In this document: positions 51,401 through 64,000 of the stretch, piece after piece
Layout of the letters: each line of letters begins with the position of its first letter
Numbering within the stretch: the stretch's first letter is position 1
Origin: Balanoglossus misakiensis
Taxonomy: Eukaryota; Animalia; Hemichordata
NCBI GenBank assembly: GCA_040954595.2
Contig: CM082582.2
Span: 3,766,303-3,830,302, forward strand
DNA length: 64,000 nucleotides
Direction: 5' to 3'
Notes under the pieces: generated by a model
Databases searched by the model: none
The model's input: only the letters and a program-made list of their open reading frames with translations
Told to the model about the DNA's origin: nothing
Translations under genes and position numbers: made by a program

Positions 51401-54400
51401 GTACATTGTATTACAGAAGTATTTCATTTCTTTTTTATTGTTTGTAGGAATGAATTTTCCAAAAATCAAAGTAATATCCAGATATGATAGTATTGTTGAT
51501 ATGTGTACTACATGCTAAATATCTGTTAGTAGTATAACATATAATACAAGGGCCAAACGGGTATCTTTCTTTATCATAGTCAACTGAAACCAGAAAATTC
51601 TAACTTGCAGCTGATGTCCGTGTGTGTCGTTCACAGACTGAGCCATAGAACATACATAGCAATTGGGTTCTTGCATGGGTCAAAGAGCTTCATTCATTCA
51701 TTACAATTAAAGAGGAATCCTCCAATCGGTCCATTGTTGGATTCATTTAATTTGATCACTTTTCTGATGGGAAAGATGAACCCAAAACGTAGACAATTTG
51801 CAGAGATGTCAAGACGTTGATAGTCTTCATGTTTTATGGTGTTGTCCTATCCACTATATGCATGTGCTGAATTACAGACATGAAACTTGAAAGGTCGGTG
51901 CAAAAATGAAAGGTCGTGCAAGGAAGATGTCTCTGTTTTTCACTACAATTGCTGTGGGGAAGTTTCTCCCTTGTTGTTGTAGTCTACCAACAAAATAGAG
52001 ACCTGAACCAGTTTAGAAATTACGAAATGATGTGAGTATATTATTATGAACAACTGACACCGTTGCTTATTGCTTAGAGACCAGATGATGCCCTATGTGA
52101 TGCAGTTTCATGTAATGGATGATTTGTGCCTATAGGTACTTTACAAGCTGTGTCCCCCTCTCCAAAGTCACAGACAATAAAATGAAAGTTGTCACTTACG
52201 AAAAAGTACATTCAAGTAGATACAGCCATTTCATATAATGTTACTCTAACATTGAAGCAATTTCAAGTTCAATATTCATTCATGTGAGCATGTACAAGGG
52301 TACTGCTCGAGGTAGAGCCCATGTTAAGATTATCCAACTAATTGATACAGACATTTTTTTGGTCATTCTGTTCAATAATTGAACTGGTGTAGAATGTGCC
52401 ACGGTTATGTCAGCAGTATGCTTTAAAAAAGCATTTTGGAAGATTTTACTTTATTGGGGGAAAACATTCATACCCCAGGTCTGAGAGGGTTAAAATACAA
52501 TAAAAGCTTAATTTTGTTGCTTGTTGACAGGTTGCATGCATGAACATTCGTGTATACGGTTTGGTGGTTTATGATGATAGTATCCTGTCATTGACAAATT
52601 GAAGGAGTATGTATAGCATATAGTGAGGGTAATGCTCATAGTCTCTCCAGCATTACTATATGTGGAAGAGACTAACTTTTGAAATAATGATGTGTGGTAT
52701 CACACAGAAAAGCTATGTAGCTTTAAATTGATAATATGACTGTCAATATATCACTGTCATAGAATACCGGTACATATTACTATTAGTATCATCATTATCA
52801 TTATTTTACAATCATTTCGTTCAAAAGATATATTCTGAATTGACCTGTAACTCAGATTCTTGAAAACCATTAAACGATTCAGTGTTGTAACACTCATCAA
52901 CCTTGTCGCTATTTTTTGCATCATTGTATGTCCTCAAACAGTGCAAATTATAAGAGTTCAAAATGTTTGGCCTTTCGAGCTTCCTGACTACATGCAAATT
53001 GCACACACAAAGTGTGAATATTCACACGATGGTTATAACTCACTTCCTGGGGATTATCAAAGTCTTAAATCCCTCTTCGAAGAAAATGTGCCGGCGTCTT
53101 CACAACCTTGATTGCTTCAAGTGGGTATTAATGCACTATGAAAAAATAATTGCCTCTGCCCGAAAAGAGCGGAGCACTGATTTGGCGTGGAGGCGAGATA
53201 ATTGTAATGTAGTTGCCATGGTGTGGGTATGGTAACAATACGGTATTGAAGTGTTTGCTGTAGTGTCATCTTTGGGTGGAATGGTCAGGTCATCTTGTTG
53301 CAGAATCGATCGCAAGCAAAGGGTGTGTGTAGAATGTCGCTCATTTGAACTGCTCTACAGATAGACCAAAATTCATAATCTGATTTCCTTAGATTATTGA
53401 TTGTACACATTTTGATATGAGGTCACCACATTAGGGTGTCCCCATTTGTGTTTTATCGTGAATTTAATATTCACCTTTTACTTCTCTAAGGAAGCAATCT
53501 GACAGGCAGACTTTAGCAGTCATGTTACTTTTAGGATCTGCAAGTATGGTTGTGTGTCGTGTGACATATGCTGTGATATGTTTTGCTAGATAGGGTCAGT
53601 CTCATTAAAAGAGCTTGTGCGACTCTTGATGTAAATGGGAAGTGACTTTTGTTATGACTACTGTCCTACTAAATCCTGTTTTATAAGTTGTGTACTGGTA
53701 CACACATGTCACTTTTAAATGTAACAGTTCTGCTCAAATGGGAGCACAGTGCTTCAAAGGATGACACCATTTCCTTGGAATAGGCCGTAGATGTAGTTAA
53801 TGTAGCAGCAGGGTATATCTGGGTATGATGGAATATTTCAATCTGATAAAATGCAAGTATATGCCAAGTATGCAGTGTAGAACTATAGCCATCACCAAAT
53901 ATATAACATCTTTCATCAGCATGTCAATATTTTAATAATGATTTGCCTTGGCTGTTTCCAGATCAAAATCACGGCAGATCAAGAATTTGATTTCGGTTTG
54001 CAGTGCATGTTATCTGTGTTGCTACTTGCTAAACACCATTATAGAAATAAATCATCAGTCGATTGCACGTATCTCATCTGTATGGGATACAGAATATAAT
54101 GTGATGTCATGCGCACTCGACATTAATAGAAACTTACAAACAGTCTGGTTGTGAACTGACATTTTCAGTTTATTCTAGAAAGCAAAGATGATGCATTTGT
54201 CTTGCAAGACCCTGATGCGTGTTACATAAGCCCTTGTCAAACTCTCCATGGATTTCTGATCAAGCTTTAGTGTCCATAGTCGGTGTATCCAATAGCCATT
54301 TGATATATACTTACAAATTGCTAATGATGTGTTGGAATTTGTGAGATCCAGAAGTGTGCGTATCTCAGCAGATGAGAGCAACCATTGCTTTCCTATTTGT

Positions 54401-57400
54401 CAAACAACCCCTCCCCCCCCCCCCATTGTGTCCATTGGTATGGAATAATCCGAATATATTGCGACATCAGTGTGCAGTCTTTGAAGTTTGAATTGGTTGT
54501 TTAGAAAGTTTGGTTATCATATTTGTGTCTTATTTGTAAACTTCGTAAGGTTGTGAAACCTCAATGCCATTCTGTATACAGTAGTTTCCATGAAAAAAAA
54601 GTATAATATAATAATAATAATCATAACAACACGTTATTCACAGAATACCAGATTTTATATCCAAGTACAATGTCGAAGGTCTGAGACATGCAGCGTATAT
54701 TGTATGAAGACATGAAAGTACAAACCCGCTTTTATTTGTGAAAAACCTTATTATTAGACATCTTCCTCATTTGGAATTATACAGAAAAGGAGAAGAACTG
54801 ATCATTTTTCGCTAAAAACCGGAGCATATGCTGCGACTGTGATGCACTGAACGTCAATGGGAAAAGTGCTACACTAAGTCATTTAAGTCATTTATCTATA
54901 GAACATTTACCTTTGACCCCTCTATCTTTTGTTACCCATAATGCTCCATGGTCTTTCATTGGTGTGAGAATTTCTAGCTAAAATTGACTTTCCTATCATG
55001 AGCTGGGACCCTCTATGTATGTATACATTTTGACATATGAGAACATAAACGTAATTAAAGTTTTCATTTTGCATAAGAATACAGTCATAAATGCAAGGCA
55101 CCTCACACAGGACTTGCATTCACAAATAAGTGTCTCATCAGAACTTGACAAGAGTGGAACTTTTGCAACCATAACACTGAAAGGTTGCAGTTTTTAGATG
55201 CTTTCACAATGGCTTCTTATCACTCAGTCATTTTTGGTCTTTATTTAGCATTTAATCTGGTTTGCGAAGAAAATCAGAAAGTTTGTTGAATCTTTCAAGC
55301 AAAGTCCAATAACACTCTGTCTTATTTGACTTTGCATCCTAATGTTCATATTTATTGTATTCTGATACAGAGCATTATTGTACAGTGGAACTCTATAGGG
55401 TACAGCAGTTCTGTTGGTACATGATTATAATAATTTTGATAGAATTATTTCTTTAATTAATTCAGTAAAAATCACTGTATTTTATATTGATGTGCGTGTT
55501 TCCAAGGTTGAAACAAATGTCATTAATATGATATTAAACGATTGATGGTGTTTATGAAGAAATTCATTGTCAGTTTGACTGATAATTAAGTAATTACCAG
55601 TATTTCCAATCATTAATTACCTCATGCTTTTCCACATACAGCACATGATATATATTAGTGATCTTATTTGTCTCTTGCATATTTTTAAAAGCAAGTAATG
55701 TGTGCACATATTATCTGAAATAATTTGTACCTCAGAGGTCCAGACCAGTGAAAAATCACCGTTTATGAAATTCAAAGAAAGATGTTTTTTAAAAGGACAC
55801 AAATTTGTCTAAATGATGAAAATTATTTATCAAGATTTCTTCTTGCTGTGCAGTGGAAAAGATGTGTCCATGTGTCTAATAAGTCGACATTTTTATTTGT
55901 CTACCAATTGGAGTAGTTTGGAGACACATTCCATCAACCATATTAAGAACATTTCACATTAAATCTGGCTTTTTATGGTTGCAATTCTGCAGCAAATTTG
56001 CATTTGGTAATTATTCTGTTGAAGAGCGCGTTTTATAGCTTATGAATTCATTTATTTGTTCATCTGTCAGGCAAGATTTATTCTCAGTAACTAGTCGGTT
56101 TGTCATAAAGAACTAGTAGTGAGATTTAGGAAACAACCAGTTGTAATGGGTCTGCTCTGCCAATAAAACTTTATTATAAGTACTTTCACCCCGAAATTCT
56201 GAAAAAGTCCAACAAACTTGTCCGAGTGCAGATGTGTTCAAAGATTCCAATGTTTCCAAAAAATCAGAATAAAATATAAATTTGCTTTTAAAAAATTGTA
56301 ATTTCTTTTAAACTTTTTTCATTTACTATTATAAAGCATTTTTAAAATAATTTCCTCAAACATTACAAATTCAGCAATATGTAGTTTCAAAGTTGTTTTT
56401 TTAGCCAGAAAGGCAATAATTAAATGTAAAGAAAGGTTTTGTTTCTTGACATTAAAAACTGAATTTTAAATGTGTAATAAAAAATAAATGGTAAGTTTAT
56501 AATTTTTCTTTTAAATGATGAAAACAGAGAAAGATGTGTTATGAATTCAAGTATACATTAGTCTTGAGTTTTTGAGTTTGCTGCAGAGAAGTAATTTCCA
56601 AAAAACCTCTTCTCAGAAATTGAAGCAAAAATTTAATCTAACCAAATGTTAAGTTCAGCGGATTGCCCGATTTAATGGCTTTCATTTTCTTTAAGCCAAA
56701 TAATTCAAAAATTTCCAAAAAAAGTGGCAATTTGAAAGGAAATCTAGCCCAACTCCCAGGGGGGAATAAATGTTATTTTTATGATACCTTTAACAGCATT
56801 TTTACTACTCTCATTTTTCTGCCAATCAATCTGAGCTTGGTGTTAGATTTTACGTCACAAATTACTGAAGTCATCAAACTGGGCCCTCGTGCAAGTACTT
56901 GCCTGTTTGAAACAAAAATGTAACAAGAAAAAAGCTTCATAAATATCGATCAAACTTGTCACTATATATGCTGTCCCCTGACAGGCTATTTGGCATGTGT
57001 TTTAAACTTTACAAGGCTAATTTACACATGTACTCATCAGAACCCACAGATAATGTGGTCGGTAAAAGCCAGCCATTTGCTGGCCATTGAGGTGGCAAAT
57101 TAAACTATTGTATACAGTGTCTTATATCTTGTGTGGAATCGACGTTTTTAGCGGCTCTAATGAGCATTGTAACGAACCTAGGAAGGGATATGCAAACGAC
57201 AACATTTGCATATGAAAAACGGTATTAGAGGCATGTATGGTAGACAGGCCATCAAATTGGATAATTTCTGTACTTTTATTCTATCTCTGATTTGTAGTCA
57301 GTGATGGAATATTTAATTCAGGACACAGGCAGCAGATCAAACGGACAAAAAAAGACCTAAATCAGTCTGACATATGCTGCCGCCTTTTGTGTTGCTCGTC

Positions 57401-57781
57401 AAAAAAGTAAAAAGGGAGAAAAAAATCCATATGGAGCGGTCGGCATTAGAAAATTGGGCAAGATAACAATTAAGCAAATGAGTGGCAAGACGGGTGACTA
57501 GTGTCAGCCCTTTGTGGCTGTACATCAATCTATAGCCCCATAAAAATTGAGGATAATACTACTAGCAGATGCCACTGCAATTAAAGTCTACACATAGCTT
57601 GTCTCACGTAATCACTGCCACACAACATGGCCTCATACTGCATCCAAAAAATTCAGGGTTTTTATTCCCACCGACCAGAATACCACTTAAGTGTCATATC
57701 CATTTCTATTCTATCAGTATTTATATTCCCTCTCACTCTTCTTTTTTTCATCTTGATTATATTTTTTTTTTACTTTTATAG

Positions 57782-57871
57782 ATGAAAAAACAACTTGCTG
57801 CTTTAGAGAAACACAATGCTATACTGGTCGATCAAGTTGAAAAACTACGAAAACACAACATGAATGTTGAT
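57782..57871 (+). CDS. Uncharacterised coiled-coil protein, exon 4
   Basis: Not in the ORF track. Long T-rich acceptor ...tacttttatag, donor GAT|gtaagt; 90 nt, phase 0/0; MKKQLAALEKHNAILVDQVEKLRKHNMNVD. Confidence 0.88.
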
Positions 57872-58450
57872 GTAAGTTATCTGTGTCTGTGGTTGTGTCA
57901 TGTGAGAAAAAAAATATTTTGTGCTAACTGGTATTACATGTGATGTAATTGTGAATGATCTGTATCTATTTATTATCTTGACAATAGACCCAGTGGAATG
58001 ATATTGTCTGGGGTCTAAATTATGTTTGCAAACAGATTTGTACCATGCCATTTTTAGTGATAGGCAACTTGAATTTGTTTCAATTCTTTCTTAGCTTTTC
58101 AAAGTGGATTATGTACATGACATGAACTTTCAAATAAAAAAATATAACATGAAAACTAGAAAAATTCAAAAAGAGACACTTTGCGAAATTTTTATCAATG
58201 ATTAAATGTATACAAATCATATTCCTGTACTCCTTTCGGATCGCTGCAGTCATGTTTATTCTAATATGAATGTCACATGATTTCAATATCCAATCATATT
58301 TCTTGTAGAATGGGATAACTTTTTTACTGAATAATGTCGTTTTTAAGAATTCAAAATTCAGAATGGTGTATAATAGAGTGATCATTCATAGAAAAGATTA
58401 AGAAGACCGTAAATTTTATTGAATTATATATATTTTGTTCTTTTTTTCAG

Positions 58451-59221
58451 TCAGTAAATACAAAGCTTGACCAAACTCTGCAGGAGGTAGAGGAACTTCG
58501 TCAACAAAATGAAAAACTGAAAACAGAAAATATTGGCTTCAAAGCCGATGCTGAAAAGCTTCAGAGTTATGAAAGCAAATGTGAAATTCTAACAATGGAA
58601 CTGAAAGACGCCAATCAGAAAAACAAGGAACTGAAGTTCAAAATCAGTAAATTGGAGCGGGAGCTTTCATCGGCCGTGTCGGTGAGCGAAGATACCAATA
58701 GTGACAAGGAGAAGTTGAAGAAGAGACTTTCTCAGATGAACAAAGAGACAGATCACGCCCAGAGAAGGGGTGTGCAGCAGAAACAACAGCTGGGAGAGTT
58801 GCAGTCGCGACTGCTGGAGAAAGAGGCACAGTTGAGAGTGGAACAGGAAGAGAGAGAGCGTCTTGTCCTCCTGGTGGATACCCTGAGCGACGAACTGCAA
58901 CGAGCGCGCCTACAGGTGGAACAACAGCAACAACAACAGCATTTACACGTGCAGCAAGCCATCGGTGAAAGGCAGAGCTTCAAAGAGTACGTCATGATGA
59001 AGCGTGAAATAATGTCTCTGCGGGAAGAAAATGATGCGCTCAAAGGAGGCAAGATGAAACATCATCAGAGCCTGCCAAAGCTCACGTCAGAATCACCGGA
59101 AACCAGGGACAAATTACACAGCAAAAACAGCTCGGTTGACTCCAAGGAAAAAAGCAGGCCATTCAAGAAAACATATGCATCCATATCATCCAGCAATTTC
59201 AGCACATTTACTAAGAAATAA
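58451..59221 (+). CDS. Uncharacterised coiled-coil protein, terminal exon 5
   Basis: Acceptor gttctttttttcag. The frame is open from 58451 (SVNTKLDQTLQEVEELRQQNEKLK...) and includes ORF 58595-59221. E/K/Q/L-rich heptads, a short poly-Q and an S/K-rich tail end at TAA. Confidence 0.92.
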   Translation, partial: SVNTKLDQTLQEVEELRQQNEKLKTENIGFKADAEKLQSYESKCEILTMELKDANQKNKELKFKISKLERELSSAVSVSEDTNSDKEKLKKRLSQMNKETDHAQRRGVQQKQQLGELQSRLLEKEAQLRVEQEERERLVLLVDTLSDELQRARLQVEQQQQQQHLHVQQAIGERQSFKEYVMMKREIMSLREENDALKGGKMKHHQSLPKLTSESPETRDKLHSKNSSVDSKEKSRPFKKTYASISSSNFSTFTKK

Positions 59222-62063
59222 CATCTGCATGCTAGTGTCATTAATGTAGTTAACGTGGCTTTTAAGTACAAAAAGAAAATTGCAAATAGCCCAGGACCTA
59301 ATTAGCCTACAATTTCTCCCTTGTAACCGGAAAAGACTTGGTTCTCAAATCATTGATGATGTTGAATGAACCCACACAATTTTTTTTTCTTACAGTTAAA
59401 GAGAAATTATGTGAATAAGAGGACAGCGATTAGATGTGCTGTTCCATTAAAAACATCTAAATGTTTTATTTCAGCTTTTGATGTGAATTAAGGTTTGTAA
59501 ACATCTCTTTTTGTCTGGGCAAATCCTATTTTCGTGTCAACACAAATTATACCTATCTGTTGCTGATAACCGTTTTGTTTTCATCAGAAAGAGAGAGTTG
59601 GTGAGAGATTGGTCGCCGTCCAACCAAGAGATAGCAGTAAACTCTGTAATCAATTCGTGATTAAAAAGGGAGGCAAGATGGAGAAAAATGATTTGGATGT
59701 GTGAAAGTAGAATAAGATGTTGTCTGCTAATGAGAGAGTCTTTATGAGACGAAGGCCTGCAGCAGCAGAGGCCAGGAGACAAAATAGAGCCTGCATGCAT
59801 TCATGTGAATTATTCCGATGAAAATAGAGAGAGAGCTGCTTTTGATGTTTCCTCAATATGCCGATGATCAGTGCAATGAAAGCCACAAGTAATTTTTTCT
59901 GAGATGAGAGTCCCCCGAAGGTGTGTGAAAGGCAGCCTTACTTAATCTACAGGCATTAGACAGTTCTTACACTGGCCACCCATTATGATGCACCCTTTAA
60001 AATACATATTATCTGTGTGTTGTGGCTGTTGAGGTGAACAAAGGTGCTCAGGGGCTACTGTAATTCTTGCGTCTAATTAGTCTTTCACAACTCTAGTACC
60101 TTTGTTGAAGTGATTTCTACAGTTACTTTAAGCGGCTAAATGATTCCTCCTACCCCATAGAAGAGACATTGAAGAGTTCTGGCCTTGCTACTTAATTGCT
60201 ACTGGCTCATCATCATCCCAATTTTTTTTTTCTTTTTCGGCTCAAACGCAAATGAGGATAATTGCGTTAAAGACAGGACAGTCTGCGATGAATGCATGCA
60301 CCGTATAGAATCAGTGATTTTCTGTTATCATCTAGCATCATTAAGAAATCATATTTTCTCCCTCCAAATACCCTCCTCATTTAATGATATTTAGCTGAAA
60401 GCAGGACAGAAATTATTCTGTGGCAATAGAGAGGCTTGATGAGTTCAGAAAGAGCCTGTTGTTGGCAATGTCAGGATAAAATCTCTGCACTTCAGTGACA
60501 TCATGAGACTACTTGGTAAACAATCTGCCTATTCTGTAAACTTTCCAATAGAAAGTTTACAGAAGTCACATTCCCCAACCAGACCTACAGTTCTGGCCTT
60601 ATTCTACTCTTGCCATTTCAGTTTGTAAGAGGCTGTAGGTTTTATATTTGCTTTGTGTGTCAACAGATTTTATTTTCGATGATTTTTGCTTGATACACTT
60701 TTGACCCTGAATCAGTTTTTATTCGTCAGTTCTTCATTTTGAATGAAAATTTGCGGCTGCGGGGATATACAGATTCATTTTCTAACCTCAAGTTTCGTTT
60801 TAATTCTATGCGTAAGTCTACAGAATAATCTTGATTTACTTTTGTGACTTTACAAATCGTACACATTGTTCACTTTGTTTTAAACAAGCAAATTGTCTCT
60901 ACTGTGGCATTTTATAAACCGTCATTGCAGAAGAATATTAAATCAGGCAATGCTTGCAGGAAGTTGTCACAGGTTAAAATACACCTTACTTTTCACCATT
61001 TATGTCATACATGCAGTGATATGTCAAGGCCCAACCATTGACCTTTGACCTCTTCTACATAAATATGTGGTTAGATCTTTGCAGATTAGTGCCATTGGAT
61101 GACATGATTAGTGTTGGCATCAAGAAAAAAAACCTTTGACCTGGCATCATTAAATATTCACAATCGAGATATATCCAGATGATTTCTCAACCGTCATTTT
61201 TCAACATCTCTGAAAGTAGGCCTCCAGATTTTCTGTTTCATTATTTTTTTTCTAAAAATTGGCTCATTTTGTCTCCCTTCAGGCACTGAATCCAAATTAC
61301 AATATCATTATCTGAAGTGAAATTGAAAAAATCAACACATGATTGCATTCTGCACTAAAAATAATACAGTAGGGGCAATGAAATACACATTCAGGGACTT
61401 CTGGAGAAAAAAGAGAAATAAATAAATGGAGACTATCGGGGAAAGTAGTCAATTAGTGAGTGAAATTTTTGTATGTAAGCACTGCATGAGTTTGTGACAA
61501 TTTCTACAGGCATCATTGTGGTTGTAATTAAGAGTCAATTTCAGAAAAAGCAGCGAAGGAAAGCAAGTCAACCATGAGAACTGTATTCCTTGTTGAAAAA
61601 ATCTATGCAAATGAAGAGAATCAGTCAGATGTGAAAAATACATTGTAAAAGACAGCCAATTTGTGCAGGAATATCCAAATTATTTCTTTTGGTGTGCAGC
61701 TATGTGTTCCAAATTGGTCCATGTGGTACTGTCATGCAATAGGTGAACTCCGTCCAAAATGCAGTGAATCAGCCACCAGCTTGGCACTGATTGGACATGT
61801 TGGTTCTTAACTAAATTTTAGTGCCATAGTTCTTATGTATGAATGGGATGTATTTGACGTGTTGAAATCATACCTGTGTTAGCAGTGCGTAGTGATAACA
61901 CCAAGAATCTTGTTTTTGAAAACTTTGATTTATTTTTATAATTACTATTAACGATGGTGCAAACTTTGAAACTTAAGACACTGTTCACTTCGAAGAAAAA
62001 GAGGATGAAAATGTTTTTCCCCAAAAGTTGATATTGTGTGGGGAGTTGACGTAGTGGACTGAT

Positions 62064-62278
62064 TACTGTAAAACACTTTATTTTCGCGAGTTGAAATTTT
62101 CGCGATTTCAAGTCAAGAGAGGCCACTGTTTTGCGAGTATTAATTTTCGCATTCTCTTATTTCATTCACTGCATCATTATCTTAAAAAAAATTTATGTGA
62201 CTTTTATTTTCACACTATTTGGGCTCTCGCATATTTCGAGAAAATTTATTGCTCACCAAAATAAAGTGTTTTACAGTA
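62064..62278. mobile_element. MITE family A, copy 3
   Basis: tactgtaaaacactttattttcg...aaaataaagtgttttacagta; long TIR. Confidence 0.88.
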
Positions 62279-62620
62279 TTTGACAGTTGGTATTGAGTTT
62301 AGTTGTCTTCACACCAGTACTAGCAACCCTTCTGTCCAACCTAAGTAGGGTCACTTTTGTAAATTTTACTCAAAATATTGAATTTACATCCATAAATTTA
62401 GACATAGGACAGGAGACAGAAGATGACTCAAATACAGTATTATGATTGTCACAGATTTCAGAAACCTATCAGGATTTTTTATATAAAATAAAATGATGAC
62501 TAAAATTAGATTTTAATATTTGACTGTCGTGGTGTCATGACACAGTACATTGAGTGCATAGTATACTGTTGTACAAAAAAACAGAGAGAAGTGAAGTATC
62601 TTTTGAGAAAAAAACCAGAC

Positions 62621-62700
62621 AAACCCTTTCACCACCATGTTTTGTTCCTAATTCATTCTTTTAAGTTGGACCTTTACAAGAGAACTGGGGTGAAAGAGTT
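62621..62700. mobile_element. MITE family B, degenerate copy 3
   Basis: aaaccctttcaccaccatg...gttggacct...gaactggggtgaaagagtt. Confidence 0.75.
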
Positions 62701-63834
62701 TGAGCAACTTTAAGATTTGTACACTTATAGTTATATTTTTATGATTGATACCAAAATGTTATGTAAATATTGTCATATACATGTAATCATTCTGTGAATC
62801 ATGTCATCAATGAAGGGATACTGGTTGTAGCTTTGAGAGTTTTTATCTTCCAGTTTCGAGATACATGTACATGTGCATATGTACCGGTATCAACTAAATT
62901 TTCTCCCCAAAGTAGTCAACTGTATACGTGTTATGGGAAATGTTATTGTTGACAATTGAAATTCAAGTCCAGCCTTTAATTCCATTGTTACCAATAAGAA
63001 TGGTTGTGGTAATCACAGAATCTTTGTTGGCACACCAAATTTGTGGTCTGTCGCCATGCTTTATGCATCTGAACAGTAAATGAAGTTGACACACACGCCA
63101 TAAAGTTATCAACTTATCAAAAGCTAACAGCTTCTGTCTTTCAAGGCTGACACTCATCTTATGCGCATGTACGTAATTTCGTGTGTACAAAAATTACGTC
63201 CAATCTAAATGTTCTGAAAATTGTACGGCGCATTCAAATAGTAGACTGCCTTTGCTTCCTTCCATATTTCATGGCACTGTATTAGTAGACTTTAGTTTTG
63301 TCTCTTTTAACCCAATCTGCTGTTATTTCCCGAACTCCGACACAGACTATGGTCGCCGCCATCTTGTCTGTTGTTAAGACAGCGCACTGACTGTATACAG
63401 TTTTTGTAACCAGAGTCTCTGGTTTGGCACATGTGCATAAGACAATCGTTGCCCTTTAAGCAATAAATGATAAACACTTTTACCTTCAAAGCCACTCTTT
63501 ACACAAGTTTCAGAACTCACAGCTGTGACTTATATCAGAAGATAACTTATTAGAATAAACTTCTTTACAATTTTAATTTTGGTGTTTAAATTATTACAGA
63601 TACTTTGTCATATACAATTTGTGAGATATGTAAATATTCATTTCCTTTATAAAAAAATATGGATGAAATATAATTATTCTGATTAATCAATCAAATGCGC
63701 ATTATTTTTTGTCTATTGATATCACTTTATTTGTTTCATGTCAGTGCTGTTTCGCTTTTAATTTTTAAATGTTTTTTTTTTTTGCTTTTACTAACTTATG
63801 TCAACTGACCAGTACTCGACACTCGTCGAGGATA

Positions 63835-63930
63835 TTCTGTCCCACACTCACCTGCGGCTCGTGTGGGACAGAAAATCACCAACTCGTGTGAGAAATATAA
63901 TCCCAGGTCCTTGGGAGTGTGAGATTCTAT
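63835..63930. mobile_element. Terminus of a non-autonomous DNA transposon with subterminal hairpin (possibly Crypton-like)
   Basis: 13-bp stem ttctgtcccacac / gtgtgggacagaa (63835-63873), then 45 nt shared with 1684-1728. The superfamily assignment is tentative. Confidence 0.65.
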
Positions 63931-64000
63931 TTTATTTTAACCAACTTCAGTACTTTCAGATTGTGTATAGCATATTAGTGATAAGGTTTGGTATTGTTGT

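Noticed and set aside
58644-59271. Antisense ORFs including a Cys-rich one
   Set aside because: Shadows of the coiled-coil terminal exon (CAG/CAA codons read backwards).
59446-59451. ATTAAA as the polyadenylation signal of the coiled-coil gene
   Set aside because: Plausible position, but a variant hexamer in AT-rich DNA cannot be supported without 3'-end data.
63355-63365. YY1-like AAGATGGCGGC as a possible start of a minus-strand gene
   Set aside because: The frame closes after 26 codons with no good donor. The motif is common in DNA transposons and a ccctttaa end lies nearby at about 63459.

Overview
AT-rich eukaryotic (animal, probably invertebrate) genomic DNA with spliceosomal introns; the species cannot be determined from the sequence. 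The left end holds the first three coding exons of the 26S proteasome lid subunit PSMD7/Rpn8 on the minus strand, and the gene runs off the window. Head-to-head with it, 558 bp between start codons, is an uncharacterised five-exon coiled-coil gene on the plus strand. I assembled it by hand: 1212 nt CDS, 403 aa, all introns phase 0, spanning 3490-59221 with three introns of 15-20 kb. These introns contain many non-repetitive, homeodomain/TALE-motif-rich blocks that look like developmental enhancers, suggesting a bystander gene in a genomic regulatory block (inference). Also present: three short non-autonomous DNA transposon families (three copies each), a 1.3-kb TTAA-flanked element, a DIRS-type tyrosine recombinase fragment, a cluster of fold-back hairpins in intron 1, tandemly duplicated exon-intron cassettes antisense inside PSMD7 intron 3, and microsatellites. 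No rRNA, tRNA or CRISPR was recognised. Most ORF-track entries are spurious.
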